Assembly (NCBI GenBank): GCA_965277805.1
Contig: OZ255842.1
Coordinates: 2,464,001 to 2,528,000, forward strand
Origin: Candidatus Lustribacter sp.
GTDB lineage: Bacteria > Vulcanimicrobiota > Vulcanimicrobiia > Vulcanimicrobiales > Vulcanimicrobiaceae
Length of the DNA: 64,000 nucleotides
Direction of reading: 5' to 3'
The position numbers were made by a program, and so were the translations under genes. Shown here one piece after another: positions 48,398-58,764 of this stretch; position 1 is the first letter of the stretch; each line of letters starts with the position of its first letter. The notes below the pieces were generated by a model. That model had not been told where the DNA came from, searched no databases, and saw nothing but the letters and a program-made list of their open reading frames with translations.

Positions 48398-49144
48398 TCA
48401 CGAGAGCAGCGCCTCGAGCGCGGCTTCGTCGAAGTCGGCGTTGCTGTAGACGCGCTGCACGTCTTCGTGCTCTTCGAGCGCGTCGAGGAACTCCAGAACC
48501 TTGTTGGTGTCGGCCTCCGGCGGACGCGACGTCTGCTTCGCCTCCATCGTCAGCTGCGCCGAGATCACGCGCAGGCCGGCCGCTTCCAGCTGATCTTTCG
48601 CCGCCATCAGGAGCGTCGGCTCCGTGACGATTTCGGCCGGTTCGCCGAAGCGCACGTCGATCACGCCGTCGACCAGCGCGCGTTCGGTCAGCTCGTCCTC
48701 GGAGAGGCGCTGCGGATCGACTTCGATCAGGCCGCGCGATTCAAACATCCAGCCGACGCTTCCGGTTTCCCCCAGCGTCCCCCCGTTGCGGCTGAACAGG
48801 AAGCGGATTTCGCTCGCCGTGCGGTTGCGATTGTCGGTGGCGGCCTCGACGATCACCGCGATGTTCGCCGGACCGTAGCCTTCGTAGCGGATCTCTTCGA
48901 TCAGCTTCTCGCCTTCGGAGCCGCTGCCGCGCGCGATCGCGCGCTTGATGTTGTCCTGCGGCATGTTGACGGAACGCGCTTTGTCGACCGCCATCTTGAG
49001 CCGGTAGTTCGCCTCGGGATCCGCCGACCCGTTCTTCGCGGCCAGAATGATCTCTTTACTGACTTTCGTGAAGATGGCGCCGCGCTGCGCGTCGACCTTG
49101 CCCTTCTTCAGCTTGATATTGTGCCACTTACTATGTCCGCTCAT
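48398..49144 (-). CDS. yebC: YebC/PmpR family protein
   Basis: MSGHSKWHNIK; YEGYGP; TDNRNRT; DVQRVYSN. Confidence 0.96.
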   Translation of the reverse strand: MSGHSKWHNIKLKKGKVDAQRGAIFTKVSKEIILAAKNGSADPEANYRLKMAVDKARSVNMPQDNIKRAIARGSGSEGEKLIEEIRYEGYGPANIAVIVEAATDNRNRTASEIRFLFSRNGGTLGETGSVGWMFESRGLIEVDPQRLSEDELTERALVDGVIDVRFGEPAEIVTEPTLLMAAKDQLEAAGLRVISAQLTMEAKQTSRPPEADTNKVLEFLDALEEHEDVQRVYSNADFDEAALEALLS

Positions 49145-49268
49145 TTTGAAGGCGCTCCGCCCCAGGCTGCGCGCCCCCCACGCCTATGGCGTGGGGCCCC
49201 CAGTCCGAGTTCGCAAGAAACATAATAGCTAAGGCGCGATTTTTCTGCGCTCACTTCATAACCGTTAA

Positions 49269-52200
49269 TCATATAATCCAACGTCCAATCCACATGCGGG
49301 CGTGCCAGGTATCCCACGTAACGTGCGTTCCGGCCAGCACCGGATAGAAAAATGCGAAGCCCGCCACGACGACGGCCAGATAGATCGCGACGCTCAAACG
49401 CGGCACGAACGGCGACGTGGCGCCCGCGGGAATCCAGTTCCAGACCTTCTGCAAGACGATCGCGTTGCAGAGCACGATGATCGCGAGGTTCGGGAAGAAA
49501 TGGTACTCGAACGCGATGCGCGGCGAGATGATCCACGGCAGCCACTGCAGGAAGTACGCGACGATCAACAGCGCGTAACCACGGTTGCGTTCGAACCAGG
49601 CATAGAAGCCGACCAGCGGCACCGTCAGCAAGCCGAACCACCACACGAACGGATTCGGCAGCGCGAGGATCTCCGCCACGCAGCACGCCGTCGGATCGTT
49701 CGCCGCGGCACCGGCGCGCCAGTCGTGGTAGAAATACGAGATCGGCCGCTCGAGAATCGGCCACTGCCACCACGACGACGCGTAGGGATGCGTCGCAACC
49801 AGATGGTCGTGATAGTTGAACATCTCGGTCTGCAGCGCAACCATGTCCACGAAATTATGGCCGAGCGTAAAGAACGGAATATAGCACGCGGTGTAGATGA
49901 TGCCCGCGACGACGAGCAAGACGCCGATCAGAACGTCGAGCGGCATGCCGTACGGGTTTCCGAACAGCGCCGGGCGGCGGAGCCAGCGCTGGGCCACAAC
50001 GACGGCAGCACAGCCCCACACGACGAAGAAGTCGAACAGTCCGTTCCACTTCGAGGCCGCAAGCGCGCCCGACGAAACGGCGAGCAGTCCGATCCAGACC
50101 CACATCTCCGCGCCGCTGGTCCAACCGGTCGCGGTTTTCATCACACCGTCGGTCTGGAACGTCGCAGTGCCGAGCGGCGTTTGATACACCATCCGCCCAG
50201 TGGGTTCGATATCACGCGTTGCCGGCAGCATTTGCCCTTCGGCGGGCAGGAGCACCGGTGCGCCCGCCGGCTCGAACGCCACGCGCGTGCCGTCCGCATA
50301 CGATGCGACGCTGCGCGCATCCACGCTTCGCGATGCTAGCCATCGCGCGATCAGGTAGAACACGATCTCGACGTAGAGAAACGCAACGACCCAGGCGATC
50401 GGACGCATCTCCGGACCGCGCGTATGCGGGCCGACGTTGATCAAGATGGTGGCGATGCCGATCCCCGCCAATGCACCGACGCCCAAAAAGCCGCCGAAGA
50501 TCGCTACGGTCGACCTATTGGCCGGCGGCACCATGGCGCGGCGCGCCGCGCTCGCCGTCCATACCCGGTAGAATGCGTAGAGGGTCGTCAGCGAAAAGAA
50601 CGCGACCGTGATTTCCGGCGTCGCGATGCGCGACTGGACGTAGTGGAAACCGTCGAAGAGCAGCATCCCGGTCGCGATCGAGGCAAAGAGCGTCGAGCCG
50701 GTGAGGCGCTTCGCGAATACGTACAGCACGCCGCACATCAGCGCGCCGACCACGACGTTGAGAAAACGCCAGCCGATGCCGGTATCGCCCAGCGTGCCGG
50801 GTTGCAGCCCGCCGAAGAGCCACATCGATGCCGTGACCACGAGCTTCGTCAACGGCGGATGCGTAAACTCGAAGATCTCCATGTGCTTGAGATACTCTTC
50901 GCCCGCGCGTGCGTAGTAGATCTCGTCGAAAATCTTCTCGGCCGGCCACTGAAGCTCGATCATGCACAAAACGAACGAGCCCAGCGTCGCCGCGCCCGCA
51001 AAGACCCAATCGAACCAGCGCATCGAGACGACGCCTTCGTGCGGATCGAACCACGCACGCGCCACCGCACCGATGCGGGCACCGACGCCGGCAGCGTCGG
51101 ACTCGGCGACTTCAAGCACGCGCACCGAACCGCCGAGATAGATGTAGCCGAGCAAGAAGAACAGCGCGACGTTGACGGCTGCGATCAAATGCGAACCGGC
51201 GCCCCAGATGTTCGTCGGGTCGACGCCCGGCGGATGGGTCTCCATCACGGTCTGGTAGGCGAAGGAGTAAATCAGGTTCAGTAGCGTCGTGATCGAGAGG
51301 ACCACCGCGGTCCACAGCTGCCGCCGCCCGAACGCCAAGAGCGGAAACGCCAGCAGAAACGCGCCGAAGATGTACCGCTCGTGCATGCGCGTCGCGAGCG
51401 TGAAGAACGCGAACGCCACCAGCATCGAGGCTTCGAGGAACGCGCGGTCGGTGCGCTCTTGCAGGTAGCGCGCGACGATCAGACCGGTAGCCGCAATCAC
51501 GAGCACCACGCCCCACAGCCACGTGGCGCCGAGCGCGATGCCGGCCAGCGGCAGCGACGTCGTATCCGGTTGCCAGAACGGCTGCTTGATCGCGTACAGG
51601 TTGAACGCGTTGACGGTGTTATAGGCGTAGACGTTGCTGCCGATGCGGTAGCGGTCGAAGAGCCACCCGATCAGTTCGGCGATATTTGCCGTCGGGTGAA
51701 AGAGCGCCGCCACGCCGAGCGTGAGGATCAGCGAAGCGACGAGGCCGCAGGCGGTGGCGCGCACGCGCCGCGCGCGCGCTTCGGGGTCGAGCGGCGCGAA
51801 GGCAAAAGCGAGCAGCACGACCGCGACCAGCGCACCCTGCGGTTTGATCAGGATCGAGAACGTCATCGCCAGCCACGCGCACGTTATGCGCGCCGTCTGC
51901 AGCGCGGGATCGTCCGCGCTGCGCAGGGCGAGCCACAGCGCGAGCAGCACGAAACCCCACGACACCGAGTCGACTTGGCCCCAGTACGCGGACGTATAAA
52001 TCGTCGCGGGGTTGAAGAGAAACAGCGCGGCGGCGCCGAGCGCAACCGTTTCGCGCGCGTACCGTCGCACGATGGCATAGATCAGGACGCCGTCGACGAG
52101 ATCCATTGCGAGCGCCGGCAGCTTCACCATAATGCGCAGCGCGAAGTACGAGCTGTCGTTGACGTTGATGAGGTGCAGGTGGCCGAGCGTGCCGTACACG

Positions 52201-52469
52201 GCGCCGATCACCCACAGCACGATGAAATAGCCGGGCGGATAGTCGGCGAACGACGTCTTCCCGTAGAACTGCCAGGGCGGATTATCTTTGAGCGTCAGCG
52301 TCCACGCTTCGAACGCGGAAATGTCGTTGTGAAAGCCGGTGCTCGGCAACAGTAAGAGCCGGATGACGAAGCCGGCCGCCAAGATGGCGATGAGCGCCCA
52401 GGCCCACGACCCCGCGCGCAGATCCGGCGCCGCAACGGCCTTGCTCGCCGGGGTTGAAGAACTGCTCAT
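49269..52469 (-). CDS. Two-module GT-C glycosyltransferase: mannosyltransferase-like domain fused to PMT (protein O-mannosyltransferase)
   Basis: N-module: DYPPG, WGQVDS, IKPQ, RMHERY. C-module: FDEIYYAR, THPPLTK, SKWNG, HPYASSWWQWP. Confidence 0.85.
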   Translation of the reverse strand: MSSSSTPASKAVAAPDLRAGSWAWALIAILAAGFVIRLLLLPSTGFHNDISAFEAWTLTLKDNPPWQFYGKTSFADYPPGYFIVLWVIGAVYGTLGHLHLINVNDSSYFALRIMVKLPALAMDLVDGVLIYAIVRRYARETVALGAAALFLFNPATIYTSAYWGQVDSVSWGFVLLALWLALRSADDPALQTARITCAWLAMTFSILIKPQGALVAVVLLAFAFAPLDPEARARRVRATACGLVASLILTLGVAALFHPTANIAELIGWLFDRYRIGSNVYAYNTVNAFNLYAIKQPFWQPDTTSLPLAGIALGATWLWGVVLVIAATGLIVARYLQERTDRAFLEASMLVAFAFFTLATRMHERYIFGAFLLAFPLLAFGRRQLWTAVVLSITTLLNLIYSFAYQTVMETHPPGVDPTNIWGAGSHLIAAVNVALFFLLGYIYLGGSVRVLEVAESDAAGVGARIGAVARAWFDPHEGVVSMRWFDWVFAGAATLGSFVLCMIELQWPAEKIFDEIYYARAGEEYLKHMEIFEFTHPPLTKLVVTASMWLFGGLQPGTLGDTGIGWRFLNVVVGALMCGVLYVFAKRLTGSTLFASIATGMLLFDGFHYVQSRIATPEITVAFFSLTTLYAFYRVWTASAARRAMVPPANRSTVAIFGGFLGVGALAGIGIATILINVGPHTRGPEMRPIAWVVAFLYVEIVFYLIARWLASRSVDARSVASYADGTRVAFEPAGAPVLLPAEGQMLPATRDIEPTGRMVYQTPLGTATFQTDGVMKTATGWTSGAEMWVWIGLLAVSSGALAASKWNGLFDFFVVWGCAAVVVAQRWLRRPALFGNPYGMPLDVLIGVLLVVAGIIYTACYIPFFTLGHNFVDMVALQTEMFNYHDHLVATHPYASSWWQWPILERPISYFYHDWRAGAAANDPTACCVAEILALPNPFVWWFGLLTVPLVGFYAWFERNRGYALLIVAYFLQWLPWIISPRIAFEYHFFPNLAIIVLCNAIVLQKVWNWIPAGATSPFVPRLSVAIYLAVVVAGFAFFYPVLAGTHVTWDTWHARMWIGRWII

Positions 52470-53248
52470 GCCGCGGGTCGCAGAACGCGGGCGAAAAACG
52501 CGCGCACGCGTCCGCTGGCGTCGATGCCGGCCGCCGAGGCGAGCGCATCGCCCTCGGCAAGATACGCGCGCGCCGTCGCGAGGGACGCGACCGCCGGCAG
52601 CGGCCAGCTTCGGGTGTTCGGATCGCTCTGCACGTGGCTTTCTATTTGCAGCGCCATGCCGGACGTCCGGCCGAGCCGAGCATAGGCCTGCGTCCGTTCA
52701 AGAGGCGCACCGGCAACCAGCGCGCCCAATTCGCAGGCAACGGCGAAGAGCGCCGCCTTGCCGCCGATCATCTCGATGTACGCGGCGTCGGCGGGAGCGC
52801 GGCTGCCGGTGAACCCGATCTCTTGCGCTTGGCCCGCGCAGAGGTCAAAATTCGCGGCTTGCAGCGCGCGCGTCATCAGCACCGTCTGCTCGGGCGGCCG
52901 GCGCGAGGGACCCTCGAGCAGCTGCAGGTACGCCATCGCGCAGAGCGCATCGCCGGCGTTGATCCCGTGCGCGAGGCCGAACAGCGAACGCGAGCCGTCC
53001 TCGACCGCGTCGTGCACGAGCGTGGAGTTGTGCAAGATCTCGACCGCGCTCGCGACGTCGAGTCCGCGCTCGGCGGAGCCGCCCTCCTCGGCGACGACCT
53101 CGAGCACCAACTGCATGCGCAAGCGCTGGTGCGCGCCGGCCGCATCGCCGGCGTAACCGAAATGATGGTGCACCTGCGGCGTCACCGGGCTCGTGCCGTC
53201 GAACCGGCGTATCGCCGCTTCGAGCGCAGCCTCCAGACTATCCGCCAT
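52466..53248 (-). CDS. Polyprenyl synthetase family protein with degenerate Asp-rich motifs
   Basis: AVEILHNSTLVHDAVEDG; INAGDAL; GQAQEI; YIEMIGGKAALF; second motif reads LQIESHVQS. Confidence 0.75.
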   Translation of the reverse strand: MADSLEAALEAAIRRFDGTSPVTPQVHHHFGYAGDAAGAHQRLRMQLVLEVVAEEGGSAERGLDVASAVEILHNSTLVHDAVEDGSRSLFGLAHGINAGDALCAMAYLQLLEGPSRRPPEQTVLMTRALQAANFDLCAGQAQEIGFTGSRAPADAAYIEMIGGKAALFAVACELGALVAGAPLERTQAYARLGRTSGMALQIESHVQSDPNTRSWPLPAVASLATARAYLAEGDALASAAGIDASGRVRAFFARVLRPAA

Positions 53249-53843
53249 TACCACCGATCGACTCCTCGAGCGCCCGGATCCGGCGCATGATCTCTTCCGT
53301 CCACTTCTCCAAGTCGTCGCCGTCCGCTTTCCGCTTCCGCTCGACGTGGATCGGTTCGCCGTAGATGACCTGAATGCGGTGAAACGGCCGGGCATGCCGC
53401 GTCCCGGAGATCGCGGCCGGTACCACGGGCGCGCCCGAAAGTGCTCCCAGCAGCGCGGCCCCGCCCTTGCCCTGGACGTCGCCGGTCAAGTTGCGGGTGC
53501 CCTCGGGGAAGATTCCGACACAGCGGCCATCCTTAAGAGCGCGCAGGGCAGCGCGGACCGCGGCCACCCCGCCCGCCTCGCGATCCAGCGGATAGACCCC
53601 GAGCCCCACGATGATCGGGCCGAGGATGGGGATTGCGAAGAGCTCCTTCTTCGCAAGATACGTGACCGGGCGCCGGAACCCGATGCCCAGCACCACCGGG
53701 TCGAGGTACGAAACGTGATTGCAGGCCACGATCACCGGGCCCGTCGCGGGCACGTTCTCGGATCCCATCGCGCGAAAGCCGTAGATGACCCCGACCAGCA
53801 GGCGGCAGATCTTCCGGCTGACCCGGTAAAAGGGCAGGTTCAC
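53238..53843 (-). CDS. plsC: 1-acyl-sn-glycerol-3-phosphate acyltransferase
   Basis: NHVSYLD (HxxxxD); AKKELF; IFPEGTR. Confidence 0.92.
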   Translation of the reverse strand: MNLPFYRVSRKICRLLVGVIYGFRAMGSENVPATGPVIVACNHVSYLDPVVLGIGFRRPVTYLAKKELFAIPILGPIIVGLGVYPLDREAGGVAAVRAALRALKDGRCVGIFPEGTRNLTGDVQGKGGAALLGALSGAPVVPAAISGTRHARPFHRIQVIYGEPIHVERKRKADGDDLEKWTEEIMRRIRALEESIGGNGG

Positions 53844-54517
53844 GGCGCCGCTTCGATGATCGCCCGCATTTGCCGCAAGACGTCGCCGGCTTGCAGGGCC
53901 GTCGAATCGATCACGACCGCGTCGCTGGCCGCGCGCAGCGGCGCGACGGCGCGGTTTTGGTCCAGCCGGTCGCGTTCCTCGATCTGCTCGCGAACTTCAT
54001 CGATGCCCACGTCGAGCCCGCGTTCGGCGAACTCTTTGGCGCGCCGGTCGGCCCGCTCTTCAACCGAAGCGGTCAGATAAAACTTGAAGCGCGCGTCGGG
54101 CAGCACGACCGTCCCGATGTCGCGGCCGGCCATGACGACCGGGCCTTCCTCGGCGATCGCGCGCTGTTCGGCCACCATGGCGGTTCGTACGCCGGGCAGC
54201 GCCGCCACGGTCGAGACCGCCGATGACACCTCGGGGTCGAACAACTTCGTGCCGGTATCCGCGCCGTCGATCTCGACGCGATAGCCCGCGCTTGCGGTCT
54301 CGTCGGGCACCAGGCGAATGCGATGATGCTCGATCAGCGCCAGAATGGCACGTTCATTATCGAGGTCGACACCAAAGTGAAGGGCCAGATACGCGGCGCC
54401 GCGGTACATCGCGCCGGTGTCGAGATAGAGGTGCCCGAGCGAGGCTGCCAGCGCTCGCGCTGCAACGGTTTTTCCGCTTGCTACCGGTCCGTCGATCGCT
54501 ACGTGTCGATTCGCCAT
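53840..54517 (-). CDS. cmk: Cytidylate kinase
   Basis: AIDGPVASGKT; LDTGAMYR; GRDIGTVVLPDA; RDRLD..RAVAPL. Confidence 0.95.
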   Translation of the reverse strand: MANRHVAIDGPVASGKTVAARALAASLGHLYLDTGAMYRGAAYLALHFGVDLDNERAILALIEHHRIRLVPDETASAGYRVEIDGADTGTKLFDPEVSSAVSTVAALPGVRTAMVAEQRAIAEEGPVVMAGRDIGTVVLPDARFKFYLTASVEERADRRAKEFAERGLDVGIDEVREQIEERDRLDQNRAVAPLRAASDAVVIDSTALQAGDVLRQMRAIIEAAP

Positions 54518-54601
54518 CCCGGGCGAGCGTATTGGATACCGGCAGAGGAAAATCAGTTTCGGCCCCGGACGTTGGCTAGTGTGAACCCCGGACGAAATGA
54601 G

Positions 54602-55714
54602 ATGTACAACGCCAACGCCCTCAAGATCGGCCTGTTCGGCGCCAACTGTTCCTCGGGCCGCGCCGTTACGCTGTTACCTGAGCGTTGGCTGGCATCGTGG
54701 CGCGACAATCTGGCGCTTGCGCAGATGGCCGACGCCGCCGGCATCGACTTCCTGCTCCCGATCGGGCGCTGGAAAGGCTACGGCGGCGACACCGACTATC
54801 AGGGTGCCACGTTCGAGACGATCACGTGGGCGACCGGATTGCTCGCGGCGACCGATCGCATCACGGTGTTCGGCACCGTGCACGCGCCGCTGTTTCCGCC
54901 GATCATCGCCGCGAAGCAAATCGTCACCGCCGATCACGTCGGCGAAGGCCGCTTCGGACTCAACATCGTGTGCGGATGGAACGAGGGTGAGTTCGACATG
55001 TTCGGCGTGCAGCCGGGCGATCACGAACGGCGCTACGCACAAGGCCAGGAATGGATCGATGCGCTGCAGCGCATCTGGACCGAAAACGATTTCGACTTCG
55101 ACGGTGACTTCTTCCACCTGCACGGCGTCCGTGCAAAACCCAAACCGTGGAACGAGACGCGTCCCCTGATGATGAACGCCGGCAGTTCACCCGAAGGCAA
55201 GGCCTTCGCTATCCGCAACTGCGATGCGCTCTTCACCACTGCCCGGCGCGCCAATCATGTCGAGGCAAAATTCGAGGAGGCCGCGCACGACGTCGCCGAG
55301 GCGAAGGCGCAAGCGCGCGCGCAAGGCCACGAGATCGGCGTGTATACGGTCGGCGTGATCACGCTGCGGCCGACGCAACGCGAAGCCGAAGAGTACGCGC
55401 GCCACGTCGACGAGAACACCGATTGGAGTGCCGTCGACGCGATCATGGAATTGAAGGGCCTCAACGACCGCCCGCCTGAAATTCGCGAGCGGATTCGCGC
55501 CGGCTATGCGCGCGGCATGGGCGGGCTGCCGATTATCGGCGATCCGGACACCGTGGCTGCCTACTTGGCCGAGCTCGCAAGCGCAGGCTTCAACGGCGTC
55601 GGCGTTTCGTTCATCAACTACCTCGACGAACTGCCGTACTTCCGCGACGAAGTGCTGCCGCGGCTCGAACGGCTCGGCCTGCGCGCCCCGCTCGCCGTCG
55701 GAGCCGCCTCATGA
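54602..55714 (+). CDS. LLM class flavin-dependent monooxygenase
   Basis: FLLPIGRWKGYGG; GRFGLNIVCGWN; MNAGSSPEG; ATG at 54602. Confidence 0.9.
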   Translation: MYNANALKIGLFGANCSSGRAVTLLPERWLASWRDNLALAQMADAAGIDFLLPIGRWKGYGGDTDYQGATFETITWATGLLAATDRITVFGTVHAPLFPPIIAAKQIVTADHVGEGRFGLNIVCGWNEGEFDMFGVQPGDHERRYAQGQEWIDALQRIWTENDFDFDGDFFHLHGVRAKPKPWNETRPLMMNAGSSPEGKAFAIRNCDALFTTARRANHVEAKFEEAAHDVAEAKAQARAQGHEIGVYTVGVITLRPTQREAEEYARHVDENTDWSAVDAIMELKGLNDRPPEIRERIRAGYARGMGGLPIIGDPDTVAAYLAELASAGFNGVGVSFINYLDELPYFRDEVLPRLERLGLRAPLAVGAAS

Positions 55715-56427
55715 CCGCCATCAACTACGGTTCGCGCGCGAAACTCGGGATGATGTTCCCGTCGTCAAATACGATTGCCGAACCGCAGATCTCGGCCATG
55801 CTGCCGGCCGGCGTTTCGCTGCACACGACGCGCCTGCGCTTACGCAACGGGCGCGATGCGATGGGGATGCTCGAGCGGCTCGAAGAGGCGACGGAGCTGC
55901 TGGCGGACGGCGGCGTCGACCGGCTGATCTTTCACTGCACCGCCGTCACCACGTCATCGCCCGGCATTTCCGCCGACATTGCCAAGCGCGTCGCCGCGAT
56001 CACGCCCACGCCGCTCACGATCACCTCGGATGCGATCGTCGAAGCGCTGCGCGTGCTCGGCGCGAGCAAGGTCGTGATGGTCACGCCCTACGAGCAGGTC
56101 GTCAACGACACCGAAGTCGCGTTTCTCGCCCACCACAACATCACGGTGTTGCGCGAGATCGGCCTGGGTCTCTCCGGCGGACGCGAGATGGGCGAGATCA
56201 CGCCCGAGCAGTGGGTGAGCGAAACGGTCGCGCTGCGCGATCCGGCGGCCGACGCCTACTTTCTCAGTTGCACGGCGATCCGATCGGCCGACGTGATCGA
56301 CACGCTGGAAGACGCGCTCGGCAAACCCGTGATCACCAGCAATCAAGCTACGTTGTGGCGCGCGCTGCGCGAGAGCGGCATCAACGATTCAATTTCCGGC
56401 TTCGGCCGTCTACTACGAGATTTCTAA
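55711..56427 (+). CDS. Maleate cis-trans isomerase/arylmalonate decarboxylase (Asp/Glu racemase) family
   Basis: PSSNTIAE; FHCTA; VTPY; LSCTA; KPVITSNQA. Confidence 0.88.
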   Translation: MTAINYGSRAKLGMMFPSSNTIAEPQISAMLPAGVSLHTTRLRLRNGRDAMGMLERLEEATELLADGGVDRLIFHCTAVTTSSPGISADIAKRVAAITPTPLTITSDAIVEALRVLGASKVVMVTPYEQVVNDTEVAFLAHHNITVLREIGLGLSGGREMGEITPEQWVSETVALRDPAADAYFLSCTAIRSADVIDTLEDALGKPVITSNQATLWRALRESGINDSISGFGRLLRDF

Positions 56428-56454
56428 CACCGGTATTAAGGAGCGACAACGAAC

Positions 56455-58212
56455 ATGACTGAGATGGGCTGGGGCAGCGATGCGATCGCGCAACTCCTGC
56501 GCGATCTGAAACTCGATTATGCGGCGCTCGTGCCCGGCTCGAGCTACCGCGGATTGCACGACAGCTTCGTGAACTACCTCGAGGCCGAGGATCCGAAAAT
56601 GCTCGTGTGCTTGCACGAAGAGCACACGATCGCGATCGCGCACGGCTATGCCAAGGTGACGGAAAAACCGATGCTGGCAGTCATTCACGCCAACGTCGGT
56701 TTGATGCACGCCACGATGGCGTTCTACGGCGCGTGGTGCGACCGCGTGCCGGTTGTGGTGCTCGGGGCCAACGGTCCGCACGATGCCGCCAAGCGCCGTC
56801 CGTGGATCGACTGGATTCACACCTCGCGCGATCCGGCGGCGCTCGTGCGCCACTACACGAAGTGGGACGACGAACCGGGATCGGTCACGGCATGCCTCGA
56901 TTCGATCACGCGCGCGTACAAAATCGCGACGACCGCGCCGCATGGCCCCACCTACGTCGTGCTCGACGTTGCGATGCAAGAAGAGAAGCTCGCGAAGCCG
57001 TTGCCGATGCCGAAGCTCGAACGCTTCACCGCACCGCAAGTTCCGGTGGCGGCACCGGCCGACGTGAAGAAAGCCGTCGAGATCATGAAAGCCGCGAAGA
57101 AGCCGCTGATCATGATCGGCCGCATGTCGCGTAACGTCGAAGCCTTCAACGAGCGCGTCGCACTGGCCGAAGCTCTGAATGCGCGCGTGATCTCCGACCT
57201 GCGCTGCGGCGCCGTGTTCCCGACCAAACATCCGCTGCACGTCGGCAAATCGGCGATGCGCCTGACGCAAGACGGTCTCGACGCGGTGCGCGACGCCGAC
57301 GCGATCCTGTGCCTCGAACCGCTCGATCTGGGCGGCGTCATCACGACGGCGTTCGGCAGTGAATCGCCCACGGCGAAGATCGTCAACGTCTCGATGGACT
57401 TCTACGTGCACAACGGCGCGATGATGGATCATCAGGCCATCGCACCGGCCGACCTGCACCTCGCGGTCGAGACGGATCCGTTCGTGAAGTCGATGCTGGC
57501 CGAACTCGGCAATCCGAAACCCAAAGCCGCGGCGACCAACGGTGCGGCGAAGGTCAAACCCTCGGCGAACGGCACGGCGACCGGCGAGATGGGACTGAAG
57601 TCGTTCTGCGACGGCGTCGCCGAAGCGTTTGCCGGACGCGAGGTGTGTTTCAGCCGCGTTCCGCTCGGCCTCAACGACGGCTCGCCGTTCGACTTCACGC
57701 ACCCGCTCGATTTTCTCGGCGGCGACGGCGCGGGCGGCGTAGGCGCGGGTCCGGGCCTCGCGGTGGGCGCGGCGCTGGGGTGCCTCGGCACCGGCCGCAT
57801 GCCGGTGGCGATTCTCGGCGACGGCGACTACCTCATGGGCCTCACCGCGCTGTGGACGGCGGTGGCGAACAAGATTCCGCTGCTCGTCATCATCGCCAAC
57901 AACAACTGCTACAACAACGACGTCGCCCATCAAGACCGCATCGCGCGCCAACGCTCGCGGCCGGTCGAGCGCAAGTGGATCGGTCAGATGATCGCCGATC
58001 CGAAGCCTGATCTGGCAATGCTCGCGCGCGGTCAGGGCGCGATCGGTATCGGGCGGGTCGAACGCCGCGAAGATCTCGGCGCCGCCATCGCCGAGGGCAT
58101 CAAGCACGTCGACGAAGGCAAGGTGTGCGTGATCGACGTGTACGTCTCGCCCGATCTCGACGAACGCCGCAAAGCCGAAGCCGCGGCCGCCAAAGAACCG
58201 AGCGCGCGGTAA
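56455..58212 (+). CDS. Thiamine pyrophosphate-dependent enzyme (ALS/benzoylformate decarboxylase-like)
   Basis: PGSSYRGLHDS; LHEE; GDGDYLM...NN TPP motif. Confidence 0.9.
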   Translation: MTEMGWGSDAIAQLLRDLKLDYAALVPGSSYRGLHDSFVNYLEAEDPKMLVCLHEEHTIAIAHGYAKVTEKPMLAVIHANVGLMHATMAFYGAWCDRVPVVVLGANGPHDAAKRRPWIDWIHTSRDPAALVRHYTKWDDEPGSVTACLDSITRAYKIATTAPHGPTYVVLDVAMQEEKLAKPLPMPKLERFTAPQVPVAAPADVKKAVEIMKAAKKPLIMIGRMSRNVEAFNERVALAEALNARVISDLRCGAVFPTKHPLHVGKSAMRLTQDGLDAVRDADAILCLEPLDLGGVITTAFGSESPTAKIVNVSMDFYVHNGAMMDHQAIAPADLHLAVETDPFVKSMLAELGNPKPKAAATNGAAKVKPSANGTATGEMGLKSFCDGVAEAFAGREVCFSRVPLGLNDGSPFDFTHPLDFLGGDGAGGVGAGPGLAVGAALGCLGTGRMPVAILGDGDYLMGLTALWTAVANKIPLLVIIANNNCYNNDVAHQDRIARQRSRPVERKWIGQMIADPKPDLAMLARGQGAIGIGRVERREDLGAAIAEGIKHVDEGKVCVIDVYVSPDLDERRKAEAAAAKEPSAR

Positions 58213-58235
58213 CGCCCGCAGTTACGGTTCCGCCG

Positions 58236-58763
58236 TTGGTGCGCGCGCTGGCCGCTTGTGCGTCCGCGCGCGCGCCGATCGGCCTCGACGACGAGTTCAT
58301 CGCGGTCCTCACAGCCGCCGTCCGCCGGATGGACGCGGCCGACCGCGACTACCGGGCGGCGATCGAAGCGCAGCTGCCCGCACCGAAGGCGGCATCGCTG
58401 CTGCAGGCGATGGCGCGTTTTCGCGCCGATGTAGCGGCCGTGCGCGAACGGACGCGCATCGCGACGGAGTACGGCGACTTCGATCCGCTCGACACCTACG
58501 TGCCGGCGATCCCGGCCTCGCACGCCCACGCGGTGCGAGCGGCCAACACGGCTGATCTCGCCCGGAGTGAAGTTGCGCAATTGCGCGCGCAAGCCAACGC
58601 GCGCATCGGGGAACTGCTCGACCGGGATGAGATCGTGCGGTTGACCGAAGCCAAACGGGTGCGTAATGCGGCCTTCGACAAAGCGATTCGCAGCGCCGTG
58701 CCCGCCGGCACGAGCGACGGCATCGCAACGCACCTCATGCTCCTCGCCGACGGGTGGTACTAA
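58236..58763 (+). CDS. Hypothetical helical protein (start uncertain)
   Basis: ORF fills the operon gap; its stop abuts the next ATG. Confidence 0.55.
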   Translation: MVRALAACASARAPIGLDDEFIAVLTAAVRRMDAADRDYRAAIEAQLPAPKAASLLQAMARFRADVAAVRERTRIATEYGDFDPLDTYVPAIPASHAHAVRAANTADLARSEVAQLRAQANARIGELLDRDEIVRLTEAKRVRNAAFDKAIRSAVPAGTSDGIATHLMLLADGWY

Positions 58764-58764
58764 G

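Noticed and set aside
56413-58107. 564-aa minus-strand ORF and other long antisense ORFs (e.g. 35903-37369, 47332-48627, 38337-39647)
   Set aside because: Shadow ORFs opposite well-supported genes; expected in high-GC DNA and lacking motifs.
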